Below, piece after piece: positions 1 to 9,265 of a stretch of DNA of 64,000 nucleotides (position 1 is its first letter; every line of letters begins with the position of its first letter). Under the pieces are notes generated by a model, which was not told where the DNA came from, did no database searches, and saw only the letters and a program-made list of their open reading frames with translations. Position numbers and translations under genes: made by a program. The stretch comes from Gaiellaceae bacterium (GTDB lineage Bacteria > Actinomycetota > Thermoleophilia > Gaiellales > Gaiellaceae), in contig DASWEF010000070.1 of the NCBI GenBank assembly GCA_036394855.1, positions 18,189-82,188 on the forward strand, in the 5' to 3' direction.

Positions 1-178
1 CCATCCCCGTCACGCCGACCCTGAGCCGAAACAGCCGCTCCCGGATTCCCACCGCGGTCACGAGCTCGGTCCGGAAGCTGTACAAGCCGGCAAGGCCGCC
101 CGCAAACGCGAGGAGGAAGAGCGAGCCGAGAATCAGCCCGTGGATCAACGTCCAGGTTTCGCGCGACGTCAATTCCAT
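1..178 (-). CDS. hypothetical membrane protein, N-terminal part only (gene continues past the left window edge)
   Basis: ATG at 178-176 (minus) with GGAGGCAGG Shine-Dalgarno-like tract at 181-189. Reads MELTSRETWTLIHGLILGSLFLLAFAGGLAGLYSF..., one clear hydrophobic helix. Absent from the ORF track because no stop lies inside the window. Confidence 0.4.
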   Translation of the reverse strand, partial: MELTSRETWTLIHGLILGSLFLLAFAGGLAGLYSFRTELVTAVGIRERLFRLRVGVTGM

Positions 179-307
179 AGCCTGCCTCCTATGTTTGGGG
201 TGTTGGTGTCGAGGCTGACGCGCCGCCCGGGCGATCGCATCCGGTCGCGCGACTATAAGGGTTGCGGCTTTTCCGGAGCAGGTGGTCGGCCGGAACCCGG
301 CGCCGAC

Positions 308-541
308 TCAGGCGGCGGGCGGCCGAAGCGCGAGCGCACCGTTCTCGAGCTCCGTCGGCACGAGCGGCTCGTGCCATTCCGCCAGCCAGGCGGTAACCGT
401 GTTCCCGATCGCGTCGGACGCGTCGAAGATCTCGACCACGGTGCCGTCACGGCGGGCGTGCAGACCGAGCTCATCGACGAAGCGCTCGAGATCCGCCGCC
501 TCGGACTCACGTGCAAGCTCGATGCGCGTCCTGTCGCCCAT
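308..541 (-). CDS. hypothetical small protein (77 aa)
   Basis: Internal ATG (541) of ORF 308..985, preceded by GGGAGG 6 nt upstream. Reads MGDRTRIELARESEAADLERFVDELGLH... The longer 225-aa reading is an Arg/Pro-rich shadow of the kinase gene. Confidence 0.45.
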   Translation of the reverse strand: MGDRTRIELARESEAADLERFVDELGLHARRDGTVVEIFDASDAIGNTVTAWLAEWHEPLVPTELENGALALRPPAA

Positions 542-649
542 GGCGTGCCTCCCTTCCGGCCCACTGTTGCACCCGAGAGTGGCGTCGCCATCGGGGCAAC
601 TACTGACGCGCGATCCCGGTTGGGCTGCTTCTGAAAGCATTCGAGCCTG

Positions 650-2287
650 ATGGCGACGACGCACGAGACCGACCGCCTGCGGGCGCTCGTCGAGACGGGC
701 ATCGCGATCAACTCCGAGCTGTCGCTGGACGGCGTCCTGGAGCGAATCGTCGAGGCCGCCGCGCGCGTGACGGGAGCCCGCTATGCGGCCCTCGGGGTGA
801 TCGATCCCTCGGGGACGCAGCTCGAGCGATTCGTCACGTACGGCGTAACGCCGGAAGTGCAGGCAGAGATCGGAGACCCTCCCCAGGGCCGTGGCATTCT
901 CGGCGTGCTGATCCAGGAAGCCAGGCCCCTCCGGCTGCACGACCTGACCGAGGATCCTCGCTCGGTCGGCTTCCCGCCCGGCCATCCTCCCATGGCGGCG
1001 TTTCTGGGCGTCCCGATCCTTCTGCGCGGAGTGGCGTACGGCAACCTGTACCTCACCGAGAAGGAGAGGGGCGAGGACTTCACCGGCGAGGACGAGGAGC
1101 TCGTGACGCTCCTCGCCGCGCAGGCGGCGGTTGCGGTCGAGAACGCGCGCCTCTACGAATCCGCCACCTCGTGGTCGCAGCAGCTCGAGTCCCTCAACGA
1201 GGTCGGCTCCGCGCTCGTCGGCGAGCTGGAGCTCGAGCCTCTGCTCGACCTGGTGGCCACGAGGCTGCGGGAGCTGATCGGTGCCCGCCTGGTCGCAATC
1301 GCGCTTCCGACCGGCGACGCCTTGCGAATCGCCGCTGCGGATGGGGAAGGAGGTGCCGACCTCTCAGAGATCAACTTCGTCGCGCACGACTCGAAAACCG
1401 GCCGGGTGCTGGAGCGAGGACGAAGCGAGCGGGTCGACTCGCTGCTGGAGGACCCCGAGGTGAACCAGGAGGTCGCTCGGCGGCTCGGGGCGACGACGGG
1501 CCTGTACGTCCCGCTGCTCGTGCGCGAGCGGCCGATCGGCGTGCTCGTCGCCCACGACAAGATCGGATCCGATCAGCGTTTCAGCAGCGCCGATCTCCGA
1601 CTTGCCGAGCAGTTCGCCGTGCGGGCGTCGATCGCGGTCGACCTCTCGCAGCGCGTCGCGCGCGACGCCCTAGGCCGCGTCGTCGCGGGCCAGGAGCTCG
1701 AGCGCCGACGGCTCGCCCGCGAACTGCACGATGAGACCGGACAGGCGCTGACGTCGATCCTCCTGGGCCTGCGCGCCGTCGAGGAGGCCGGCGGGCGCGA
1801 CGACATTCGTACGGCTGTTGGTGATCTGCGCGAGCTCGTGGTGGCCACGCTGCAGGATGTCCGCCGGCTCGCAATGCAGCTTCGCCCCAAGGCCCTCGAC
1901 GATTTCGGGCTCGTCCCTGCGCTCGAGCGACTCGTCCAGACGTTTGCCGAGACCAGCGGCATCAGGGTCGACCTGGAACCTCAGCTCGGAGAGGAGCGGC
2001 TGCCGGCCGAGGTCGAGACGACGCTCTATCGCATCGTGCAGGAGGCGCTGACGAACGTCGTCAAGCACGCAGAAGCGAGCCGCGTCAGCATCCTGCTCGT
2101 GCGCCGGGACGGGTCCGCGACCGCAGTGATCGAAGACGACGGTCGCGGCTTCGATCCTGCGACTGCGCCGACAGACAGGCTCGGCTTGGAGGGGATGCGC
2201 GAGCGTGCTGAGCTCCACGAGGGGCGTCTCGCCGTCGAAACTGCGCCGGGAGCGGGCACGACACTCGTGGTCGAGGTGCCGCTGTGA
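650..2287 (+). CDS. GAF-GAF sensor histidine kinase of the NarL-partner (HisKA_3) class, DevS/DosS-like architecture
   Basis: 545 aa. Two N-terminal GAF-like modules, H-box [13 protein letters not shown], and a C-terminal ATPase ([16 protein letters not shown]). The stop overlaps the regulator start (GTGA at 2284-2287). Confidence 0.9.
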   Translation: MATTHETDRLRALVETGIAINSELSLDGVLERIVEAAARVTGARYAALGVIDPSGTQLERFVTYGVTPEVQAEIGDPPQGRGILGVLIQEARPLRLHDLTEDPRSVGFPPGHPPMAAFLGVPILLRGVAYGNLYLTEKERGEDFTGEDEELVTLLAAQAAVAVENARLYESATSWSQQLESLNEVGSALVGELELEPLLDLVATRLRELIGARLVAIALPTGDALRIAAADGEGGADLSEINFVAHDSKTGRVLERGRSERVDSLLEDPEVNQEVARRLGATTGLYVPLLVRERPIGVLVAHDKIGSDQRFSSADLRLAEQFAVRASIAVDLSQRVARDALGRVVAGQELERRRLARELHDETGQALTSILLGLRAVEEAGGRDDIRTAVGDLRELVVATLQDVRRLAMQLRPKALDDFGLVPALERLVQTFAETSGIRVDLEPQLGEERLPAEVETTLYRIVQEALTNVVKHAEASRVSILLVRRDGSATAVIEDDGRGFDPATAPTDRLGLEGMRERAELHEGRLAVETAPGAGTTLVVEVPL

Positions 2288-2928
2288 TCCGCGTCGTCCT
2301 CGTCGACGACCACGCCGTCGTCCGTTCGGGTCTCCGTCTCCTGCTCGACGGAGAGGAGGACCTCGAAGTCATTGGAGAGGCGGGAAACGCCAAGGACGCG
2401 ATCTTCCGGGCGCGCGCGTTGAAGCCGGACGTGATCCTGCTCGACGTGGTCATGCCCGGCGAGAGCGGCATCGAGGTATTGCCGACGCTTCTCAAAGAGT
2501 CCCCCGAAACGAAGGTGCTCGTGCTGTCGATGCAAGATGACCCCAGCTATGTGCGGGAGGCCTTTGCTGCCGGCGCAAGCGGCTACGTCCTGAAGGAGGC
2601 GGTCGACGAGGAAGTCGTCTCGGCGGTGCGCGAGATCGCCGGCGGAGGCCGGTACGTGCATCCTGCTCTCGGCGCGCGCATGGTCGCGGCGGAAGCCGAC
2701 GAGCGGGCGGCCGCCGAGGCCGATCCGCTCTCAGAACGTGAGCGCGAGGTGCTTCGCCTGCTCGCGCTCGGTCACACGAACCAGGAGATCGCGGAGAAGC
2801 TCTACATCTCGGTGCGCACGGCGGAATCGCACCGCGCGCACATCATGCAGAAGTTGCGCCTTTCGACCCGCGCAGAGCTCGTGCGCTACGCGCTCTCACA
2901 AGGTTTGCTCGCCGAGGAGCCGGACTAG
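2284..2928 (+). CDS. NarL/LuxR-family response regulator (REC + LuxR HTH)
   Basis: 214 aa. Receiver [17 protein letters not shown]...[10 protein letters not shown]-terminal [35 protein letters not shown]. Translationally coupled to the upstream kinase. Confidence 0.9.
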   Translation: MIRVVLVDDHAVVRSGLRLLLDGEEDLEVIGEAGNAKDAIFRARALKPDVILLDVVMPGESGIEVLPTLLKESPETKVLVLSMQDDPSYVREAFAAGASGYVLKEAVDEEVVSAVREIAGGGRYVHPALGARMVAAEADERAAAEADPLSEREREVLRLLALGHTNQEIAEKLYISVRTAESHRAHIMQKLRLSTRAELVRYALSQGLLAEEPD

Positions 2929-3245
2929 GCGCCCAACCCGACACCGACCTTGCTGTCTTCACGCGACCAGTAGAAGCGCTCGTGGGCGAGACGCGGGGTT
3001 CCCTCGATGAGCTTCTGCCAGGGGCCGAACGCGGCCGCCAGCACGGGATCGTCGACGATGTCGTTCACGATCCATTCGACCTCCGGCGCCTCGAAGAGGA
3101 AGACGACCTCGCCGGCGGTCAGATAGGCGCCATGGCGGTGGAAGCCGAGCTCCTCGGGCTCGAAGGGCGGGCCTTTGGCCAGGAGGGCCTCGGCCTCCTC
3201 GTGGGCGCCCTCGTTGAGGCGGGCGACGATCATCAGACGGTTCAT
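2925..3245 (-). CDS. hypothetical small cytoplasmic protein (106 aa), possibly SchA/CurD-like
   Basis: ATG at 3245 with a GAGGAGGA SD just upstream, preferred over the ORF-track start at 3311. Reads MNRLMIVARLNEGAHEEAEALLAKGPPFEPEELGF... The family idea rests only on remembered sequence layout. Confidence 0.55.
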   Translation of the reverse strand: MNRLMIVARLNEGAHEEAEALLAKGPPFEPEELGFHRHGAYLTAGEVVFLFEAPEVEWIVNDIVDDPVLAAAFGPWQKLIEGTPRLAHERFYWSREDSKVGVGLGA

Positions 3246-3323
3246 CGGATCCTCCTCGGTTGTATTGCGCCAAGGATGCCGCGGCGCGGGGTCCGCCGCC
3301 ATCCGGGACAAATGCGGAATTCG

Positions 3324-3647
3324 TTACGGGTTTCCCGTAGGCCTGCGCTCGAAGATGACCAGGACGGCGAGATGCTCATAGGCGGTGAAGCGGTGGTCGG
3401 CGCCGGCCTCGACGAAAACGGCGCTCCCCTCGCTCACGGACACCTGCTCGCCCTCGACCTCGAGTACGCCGGTCCCATCGAGGACAACGTAGATCTCGTC
3501 GTCGTCGTGCGGCTGCTGGCGGTCGGGCTCGGGTGCGACGAGGACATAGACGCCGAACTCGAGGCCGGCGGATTCGTGCACGATCTCGTACCCTCCGCCG
3601 GCCTCTGTCAGCCGCTTTCTGACAGCCGCGACCTCGAACGCGTGCAC
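3324..3647 (-). CDS. cupin domain protein (107 aa)
   Basis: HDDDEIYVVLDGTGVLEVEGE...VFVEAGADHRF matches the two-motif cupin barrel pattern. Confidence 0.7.
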   Translation of the reverse strand: MHAFEVAAVRKRLTEAGGGYEIVHESAGLEFGVYVLVAPEPDRQQPHDDDEIYVVLDGTGVLEVEGEQVSVSEGSAVFVEAGADHRFTAYEHLAVLVIFERRPTGNP

Positions 3648-3657
3648 CCCGCGGAAC

Positions 3658-4089
3658 CTACTTCACGCGTACGGTCAGGTGCAGGACGTAATCCTCGCCC
3701 GTCGTCTTCATCATCGACATCGACGGATAGTCCTCTCCTGCCTTCGTCGTGAAGCGGTAGACGCCTCTCTGCATCAGCCTGACCGACGTCGACGCAGTCA
3801 TGTGGTTCATGTTCGCGCGCGACAGCCGCAGCTTCGGACCGGCCGTCTGCATCAGCTTGTGAGGCATGACGTCGTTGTTCACGAACCTGAGCACGGTCCC
3901 AGCCTTGACCGACGTGGAGAGCGAGGGGTGCGGGTTCCCGTTCCCCACTTGCCACATATGGCAGCCGCGCGTCTGGTGGCTGATCGTGATCGTGGCCGTC
4001 CCACCGGCAGGCGCCGTGGACGTGATCACGAGCGCGACGAGTGCCGCGAGGCCGAGCGTCGCACGGCGGAGCGTTCTCTTCGTGGGCAT
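3658..4089 (-). CDS. secreted cupredoxin-like protein (143 aa)
   Basis: ATG 4089 with AAGGAGGAA SD. Signal peptide MPTKRTLRRATLGLAALVALVITSTAPAGG. The mature part has VKAGTVLRFVNNDVMPHKL, resembling cupredoxin strands. Copper ligands cannot be verified. Confidence 0.55.
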   Translation of the reverse strand: MPTKRTLRRATLGLAALVALVITSTAPAGGTATITISHQTRGCHMWQVGNGNPHPSLSTSVKAGTVLRFVNNDVMPHKLMQTAGPKLRLSRANMNHMTASTSVRLMQRGVYRFTTKAGEDYPSMSMMKTTGEDYVLHLTVRVK

Positions 4090-4237
4090 GGTTCCTCCTT
4101 TGGACGTTCCGCTCAGTGTCGGCGGCCTCTCGCGGGCCGCCATCCGCGCGACGCCTCAATCTGCCTGCGGGTTTCCCGCAACGCCGTTACCGGCCGATGC
4201 TGATGCGAACCTAGGCTGGAGCGCTCATCCTCCGTCC

Positions 4238-4504
4238 ATGCTCCGACGCAGCTACGCAGTCTGGTGGAACGAGGGTGAGGGCCCGCGTCATGCGGGCAAG
4301 CTCGAGCTCGGGCCGCTGCACGCACTGCTGAGCGGCAACGGCAGCGGACGCGTGGCGGTCCCGTTCGACGAGATCGCGTCGATCGATTACTGCCGCGGCG
4401 AGCTTCGGCTCAACCGCCGCCAAGGCGCACCGCTCCGCATCGGCAGTCTCGACGCACCCGGTGCGCTCCTCGAGCTCATCGACTCGCTGAAGCGCGCGGC
4501 CTAG
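4238..4504 (+). CDS. hypothetical protein (88 aa)
   Basis: Internal ATG of ORF 3866..4504; the upstream part of that ORF is antisense to the cupredoxin-like gene. High GC3. Confidence 0.4.
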   Translation: MLRRSYAVWWNEGEGPRHAGKLELGPLHALLSGNGSGRVAVPFDEIASIDYCRGELRLNRRQGAPLRIGSLDAPGALLELIDSLKRAA

Positions 4505-4513
4505 AGCAGGAGC

Positions 4514-5512
4514 TCAGCGGCGCCGGAAGCGGCGGCGCGCCGGCTCCTCGACGAGGACCGAGTCTTCCGTCTCCTCCCCGGGCTCCCCGATCTCCTCCGC
4601 CTCCGCTGCGACGGGGGCATCGAAGCCGTCCTCCCAGGGATCCGCAGTTGCGCTTCCTTCGTCCGCCGGCAAGACGCGAACGTGCCGAGGCGGCTCGCGC
4701 TCGGGCTCGGGCTCCTCGTCGAGCCGTCTCCCTCGGCGCCACCAACGTCGGCTCCCGTCCGCCGCAGGCTCGACGTCGGCCGCCGGAGGCAATTCTGGCT
4801 CGGGCTCCTCCGGCTCTGGCTCCGGCTCGGGCTCAGCCGTCGGCGCAGCTTCCGCAACCGGCTCGGGTTCCCGCTCGTCTTCCTCCCTCGGCGCGGCGCC
4901 GATGATGGTCATCGCGTCCGAGGGCTCTTGCGCCTCCTCGAAGGCAGTCCAGCCGAGCGCCTCCTGCTCCTCGGTGTCGTCTGCGCGTTGCGCCTCCAAC
5001 ACTGGATGGACCGGGGCCGCCGGGGCCGGCCGCGCGAAGGTCAGCTCCTCGCGTCCGGCGAGCCACTCGATCGCGCACACGATCGCCAGTGCACCCGCCA
5101 TGGCGAGCAGGATCGCCCACCACGAGAGGTTCGCGAGCCCGAGCGCAACCGCAACCGCGATGAGGAAGGCCACCTCACCACCGACGCGCCAGACGACGGG
5201 TGGAATCCCTTCACGCGGCGCGGGCAATCCGTAGCCGTAGGACGGCGGCGCCGACCAGGACTGCTGCGTCCAGCCGGCTGCCCGCATCGCGCGAAGATCC
5301 GAGCGCAGCGCCGTTGCATGGCGATGGAACGAGTCGACCGCCTCGAGCGTCCGAAGAGCGGCGTCGAGCTGCGCCGCGTGCCGGTAGAACGAGTCGAAGG
5401 CAGCCTTGACGCTTTCCTGCTCGTAACCCTGTTCGGCTACTGGAAGGTCCTCGACGCGTGGCAGCGGCTCGCGCGCCGGGGTCTGGGGAGTCGGCCAGGC
5501 CTCTGGTTCCAT
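4514..5512 (-). CDS. membrane protein with DivIVA-like N-terminal motif, central TM helices and acidic Glu/Pro-rich tail (332 aa)
   Basis: N-terminus VAEQGYEQESVKAAFDSFYRHAAQLDAAL resembles the DivIVA motif. Hydrophobic VGGEVAFLIAVAVALGLANLSWWAILLAMAGALAIVCAI. Tail EPEPEPEPEEPEPE. Confidence 0.6.
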   Translation of the reverse strand: MEPEAWPTPQTPAREPLPRVEDLPVAEQGYEQESVKAAFDSFYRHAAQLDAALRTLEAVDSFHRHATALRSDLRAMRAAGWTQQSWSAPPSYGYGLPAPREGIPPVVWRVGGEVAFLIAVAVALGLANLSWWAILLAMAGALAIVCAIEWLAGREELTFARPAPAAPVHPVLEAQRADDTEEQEALGWTAFEEAQEPSDAMTIIGAAPREEDEREPEPVAEAAPTAEPEPEPEPEEPEPELPPAADVEPAADGSRRWWRRGRRLDEEPEPEREPPRHVRVLPADEGSATADPWEDGFDAPVAAEAEEIGEPGEETEDSVLVEEPARRRFRRR

Positions 5513-5639
5513 GCTCGGAAGTATGGCCTTAAGGCGTCGACTTGGCGAAGTCGCAGAGAGGCCGTGCGGGGCTTCGCCCGCGCGGCCGTCTTAACCAACC
5601 CCCTAGGTTGAGGGCCCTTCGGACTACCTGGGACGCCGT

Positions 5640-6410
5640 CTAGCCAGCGGCTTCGGCACGCCTCAGGCCCCGGATTGCCCAGAGCGTGAAGCCGCCGATC
5701 AGCCCGAGAACGATCGCGAAGGCGGCCAGCGTTCGTACCGGTTCACCGGAGATCAGGCCACGGCCGGCCTCCAGCAGCGCCGTGATCGGGTTGACCGTCG
5801 CGATCCCGTGGATCCACCCCTGCAGCAGATCGAGCGGGACGTAGACCGGCGCGAAGAACAGGACCAGGAAGACTGGCATCTGCATCACCGGGGCAGCCTG
5901 CTGAGTCCGCAGCCGCATCGCGACGCCGGTTGCCCAGAACGTTCCCGCGAGGTTCAGCAGCAGTGCAAGCGCGTAGAGACCGAAGAGGTCCACGCCGCTG
6001 CCACCGATCTCCATGCGTGCGAGCACTGCAACGATCGTGACCACGACGGCCACGGTGAGCCAACGCACTAGCGCCGACAGCGTGTAACCGAGCACGATGC
6101 CGGTCCGGTTCGGCGCGGCGAGCATCAGGCGGCGCATGAAGCCGCTGTCGAAGTCACGCGCGATCCCGAAACCCGTGAACACGCCCGCGAACGCAGCGGA
6201 CTGCAGCAGCACGAAGACGAACTGGAACGCCGTGTAGCCGGAGGGAAAATCGAAACCCGGCACCTCGCGGATGCGCGACAGCCCGCCGACGAACGCCGTG
6301 AAGAAGAAGAGCGGGAACGCGATCGACGGGAGGAGGAACGCCGGGTTCGTGAAGAACGTGTGCATCTGGCGCCAGGCCACGCCGCGCGCAACATCCAGGG
6401 CCTCTCTCAT
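5640..6410 (-). CDS. ABC-2 type transporter permease
   Basis: ATG 6410 (MREALDVARGVAWRQMHTFFTNPAFLLPS...), multi-TM. 4-nt ATGA overlap with the upstream permease. The 576-aa ORF-track version is an artefactual N-terminal extension. Confidence 0.85.
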   Translation of the reverse strand: MREALDVARGVAWRQMHTFFTNPAFLLPSIAFPLFFFTAFVGGLSRIREVPGFDFPSGYTAFQFVFVLLQSAAFAGVFTGFGIARDFDSGFMRRLMLAAPNRTGIVLGYTLSALVRWLTVAVVVTIVAVLARMEIGGSGVDLFGLYALALLLNLAGTFWATGVAMRLRTQQAAPVMQMPVFLVLFFAPVYVPLDLLQGWIHGIATVNPITALLEAGRGLISGEPVRTLAAFAIVLGLIGGFTLWAIRGLRRAEAAG

Positions 6411-7183
6411 GTGCGCGTGAGCCTCCCGACGAGGGCATGTGCGGCGAGCGCGAAACCGATCAGGCTCATCCCGCCGCCGACGGCGAAGCCGAGTCCGATC
6501 GTCTCCCAGTGCCAGTTCTCGATCACCAGCGACCGGACGGCCTCGATCAGGTACGAGACGGGATTGACGGTCGCGACCCAACGGAACCAGTCGGCCTCGA
6601 TCAGATTGCGCGGCATGTTCATCGACGACAGGAACAGGAAGACGAAGAAGACCGGAAAGAGACCTTGCACGGCCTCGGTCGAGCCGGTCCGCAACGCGGC
6701 CCAGGTGCCGAACGACGCGAAGGCAAGCGCGATCACGGTCTCCAGCACGAGCAGCAACGCGGCCCCGCCGACTCCGGTCTCGAGCCGAACGCCGAACGCG
6801 AGCGCGACGACGAGGTAGAAGACACCCTGCGCCACCGCGATCGTCAGCAGCCCGCCGAGCTGACCGACGAGCAGGACGAGCCCTCGCACCGGCGTGAGCG
6901 CGAGCCTGTTCAGGAAGCCCGTCTGGATGTCTCGAGCGAACTCGACGTTCGCGTTGATCGTTGCGAGCAGCGCACCCTGAATGAACGGGATCGCGATCAC
7001 GAAGGCGAGGATCGAGTTCGTGGGGAAGCCCGGGAGGTTCGTCGCCGGTTTCAACCCGCCGGCCGTGACCGCAACCAACAGCATCGGGAAGACGAGTGGG
7101 AAGACGACGTTCGCCGGCTGCCGCGCGGTCCGAATGACTGCGCGCCGACCGAGCGTCGCCGTCTGGACGAGGCCGTTGATCAT
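6407..7183 (-). CDS. ABC-2 type transporter permease
   Basis: 258 aa, multi-TM, paralogous layout to the downstream permease. The start abuts the stop of the ATPase gene. Confidence 0.85.
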   Translation of the reverse strand: MINGLVQTATLGRRAVIRTARQPANVVFPLVFPMLLVAVTAGGLKPATNLPGFPTNSILAFVIAIPFIQGALLATINANVEFARDIQTGFLNRLALTPVRGLVLLVGQLGGLLTIAVAQGVFYLVVALAFGVRLETGVGGAALLLVLETVIALAFASFGTWAALRTGSTEAVQGLFPVFFVFLFLSSMNMPRNLIEADWFRWVATVNPVSYLIEAVRSLVIENWHWETIGLGFAVGGGMSLIGFALAAHALVGRLTRT

Positions 7184-8202
7184 CAGGCTCGCGCGGGCTC
7201 GGGAACCGCGTCGGGCTCCTGCTGTTCCTCCTCCTCCTCCTCGCCGGCACCCTCGAGGTGCCGTCCCGTCTTCGCGAGGAAGACGTCGTCGAGCGTGGGC
7301 TCGTGGATCTGGAGGTGGGCGATGCGGACTCCTTCGGCGTCGAGCGCACGGACGATCTTGGCGATGTCACCGTCCCTCGAGGCGAGCTGCACCGCCACGC
7401 TGCCCGGACCGAAGCCGGTCGTCTGCTCGCCGAAGCGCTCGAGGATGGCTGCCACCGCCCCGCGCTGGTCCGGATCGGCGGGCACCGCCTCGACCGTCGA
7501 GCTGGAGATCTCCGCCTTGAGCTGATCGGGCGTTCCTTCGGCGACGAGGCGGCCGTGATCGATGATGCCGACGCGGTCGGCGAGCACGTCGGCCTCCTCG
7601 AGATACTGCGTCGTCAGGAAGACCGTGACTCCTTCGTCCCGCGCCAGGCGACCGACCTCCTGCCAGAGGGCGGTACGACTCTGCACGTCGAGTCCTGTCG
7701 TCGGCTCGTCGAGAAAGAGGATGCGGGGCCGGTGCACGAGAGCGAGCGCGAGATCGAGACGCCGCTTCATCCCGCCCGAGTAGCCCTTCACCTTCCGGTC
7801 GGCCGCCTCTGCGAGTCCCACTCGGGCGAGCAGCTCGTCGCTGCGGCGCCGGCGCTCCTCGCCGGTGATTCCGTGCATCGCCGTCTGAAGTCTCAGGTGC
7901 TCCCGGCCGGTGAGGAACGGGTCGAGCGCCGCCTCCTGGAGCGCCGCACCGATGACCTTGCGTACCTTCGGCCCCTCCTTGAGAACGTCGAAGCCGGCGA
8001 CGGTCGCGGTCCCTGCCGTCGGGGGCAGGAGCGTCGTGAGCATGTGCACGGTGGTGGACTTGCCCGCGCCGTTCGGGCCGAGAAAGCCGTAGATCTCGCC
8101 CGGCTCGACGTGGAGATCGATGCCGTCGACCGCCCGCGGCCCCTTCTTGAACTCGCGCACGAGCCCGTGCGCTTCGATGCTGTTGTCGCGGGGGCGGTCC
8201 AC
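7183..8202 (-). CDS. ABC transporter ATP-binding protein (ABC-2/DrrA-type exporter) with acidic C-terminal tail
   Basis: Walker A GPNGAGKST, signature YSGGMKRRL, Walker B ILFLDEPT. Tail EGAGEEEEEEQQEP. Confidence 0.9.
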   Translation of the reverse strand: MDRPRDNSIEAHGLVREFKKGPRAVDGIDLHVEPGEIYGFLGPNGAGKSTTVHMLTTLLPPTAGTATVAGFDVLKEGPKVRKVIGAALQEAALDPFLTGREHLRLQTAMHGITGEERRRRSDELLARVGLAEAADRKVKGYSGGMKRRLDLALALVHRPRILFLDEPTTGLDVQSRTALWQEVGRLARDEGVTVFLTTQYLEEADVLADRVGIIDHGRLVAEGTPDQLKAEISSSTVEAVPADPDQRGAVAAILERFGEQTTGFGPGSVAVQLASRDGDIAKIVRALDAEGVRIAHLQIHEPTLDDVFLAKTGRHLEGAGEEEEEEQQEPDAVPEPARA

Positions 8203-8211
8203 CCCCGCAGG

Positions 8212-9000
8212 CTACCGATGCTCTCGTTCGCTCCGAAGCACTGCGGCGACGGCGGTCAGAGCGACGCGCGTCTCTGCGAGATCGGGCTCGCGTGTCGTGA
8301 GCCGCTGGAGCCCCAGGCCCGGAAGGAGCACGACGCGTGCGAGGCGACGCGAGGCCTGGACGAGCGACCAGAGCTCCATCGTCAACGCGAGCGCGAGAAC
8401 CGAGACGACGAGCGGAGTGAACGCGGTGACCGGAAGCGGCCAGAGACGGCCACCGGAGATCGCAACCGGCATCAGCAGAGCGGCGAAGTTCGTGCCGCAG
8501 CGAAGCGAGAAGCGGGACGGGCGTGCCGAGCCGTCCCAGGTTTCGTGCAGACGCCGTTCCTCGAGGGCCGCGATGGCGCGGTGCTCTGCGCCGTGGAGAT
8601 ACAGCGTGCGTCCACGCAACAGCCAGCCGAGGAGCGCAGCCGTGACGGCGAGACCGGCTGCCAGACCGACCCAGTCCGGTGCGAACACGAGCGGAACCGG
8701 GGCCACCATGGCAGCTGCGAGGAAGAGGCGCTCGCGTCCCCGTGCGACCCCGGTGCGCCGGAAGAGCGGCGAGAACGAGGCGGCCAGTCGAACGAGTCCG
8801 CGCGCGAGCGGAATCGCGCGCAGCGTCCGCGGCGCCTGTGGCATGGGCCCCTCTCTCAGGCTCCCGTCGACGCCGGCATAGGCCCAGTAACGCTGGCTGA
8901 CGATGACGACGCCGCCGCTGCGCGCCATTCCACCCAGGCGCGGGACAGCCGCGGCGAGATCGCCCCGCTCGAGCTCGTTGAGGACGGCTCCCCGGTCCAC
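8212..9000 (-). CDS. DUF1385-family membrane protein
   Basis: YLHGAEHRAI, RCGTNF and PGLGLQRLTTREPD motifs typical of DUF1385. GTG start, 9 nt upstream of the ABC ATPase gene. Confidence 0.7.
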   Translation of the reverse strand: MDRGAVLNELERGDLAAAVPRLGGMARSGGVVIVSQRYWAYAGVDGSLREGPMPQAPRTLRAIPLARGLVRLAASFSPLFRRTGVARGRERLFLAAAMVAPVPLVFAPDWVGLAAGLAVTAALLGWLLRGRTLYLHGAEHRAIAALEERRLHETWDGSARPSRFSLRCGTNFAALLMPVAISGGRLWPLPVTAFTPLVVSVLALALTMELWSLVQASRRLARVVLLPGLGLQRLTTREPDLAETRVALTAVAAVLRSEREHR

Positions 9001-9072
9001 CTGTCCATGATCGCCACAACAGGGCCGCCCGGCAAGGGCCGGGCGACCCAGTTCACGGTCTAAAGGGTCCTA

Positions 9073-9150
9073 CTACCAGTACCCGCGCGAGAAGAAGCCG
9101 AGCAACGCGAGCACGAGGATCACGATGAGGATGATCCAGAGAATGCCCAT
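9073..9150 (-). CDS. tiny hydrophobic peptide (25 aa)
   Basis: MGILWIILIVILVLALLGFFSRGYW. ATG 9150 preceded by AAGGGAGG about 9 nt upstream. Lies downstream of a terminator-like hairpin, so probably its own transcription unit. Confidence 0.4.
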   Translation of the reverse strand: MGILWIILIVILVLALLGFFSRGYW

Positions 9151-9213
9151 GCGGTTTCTGCCTCCCTTTCTCGGTGTCGACCTGCTAACAGCTTTCTCCG
9201 TAGAGCGACAACG

Positions 9214-9233
9214 AAAAACCGCCCCCCCGCGGT
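9214..9233 (-). terminator. putative intrinsic terminator after pit
   Basis: Minus-strand RNA ACCGC-GGGGGG-GCGGU followed by UUUUCGUU, about 30 nt after the pit stop. Confidence 0.45.
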
Positions 9234-9265
9234 ACGGAAGCGGCGGCACAAGCCACCGAGGTGCC

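Noticed and set aside
6411-7370. N-terminal 320 codons of the 576-aa ORF 5640..7370.
   Set aside because: Arg-rich, and overlaps the second permease and the ATPase in other frames. The real permease starts at 6410 with ATGA coupling.
7258-9063. 601-aa plus-strand ORF and the 550-aa minus-strand ORF 7367..9019, overlapping the ABC ATPase and DUF1385 genes.
   Set aside because: These are Arg/Pro/Gly/Glu-rich low-complexity translations with no motifs. They lie opposite to or out of frame with genes carrying unmistakable Walker and DUF1385 motifs. They are typical shadow ORFs of high-GC DNA.
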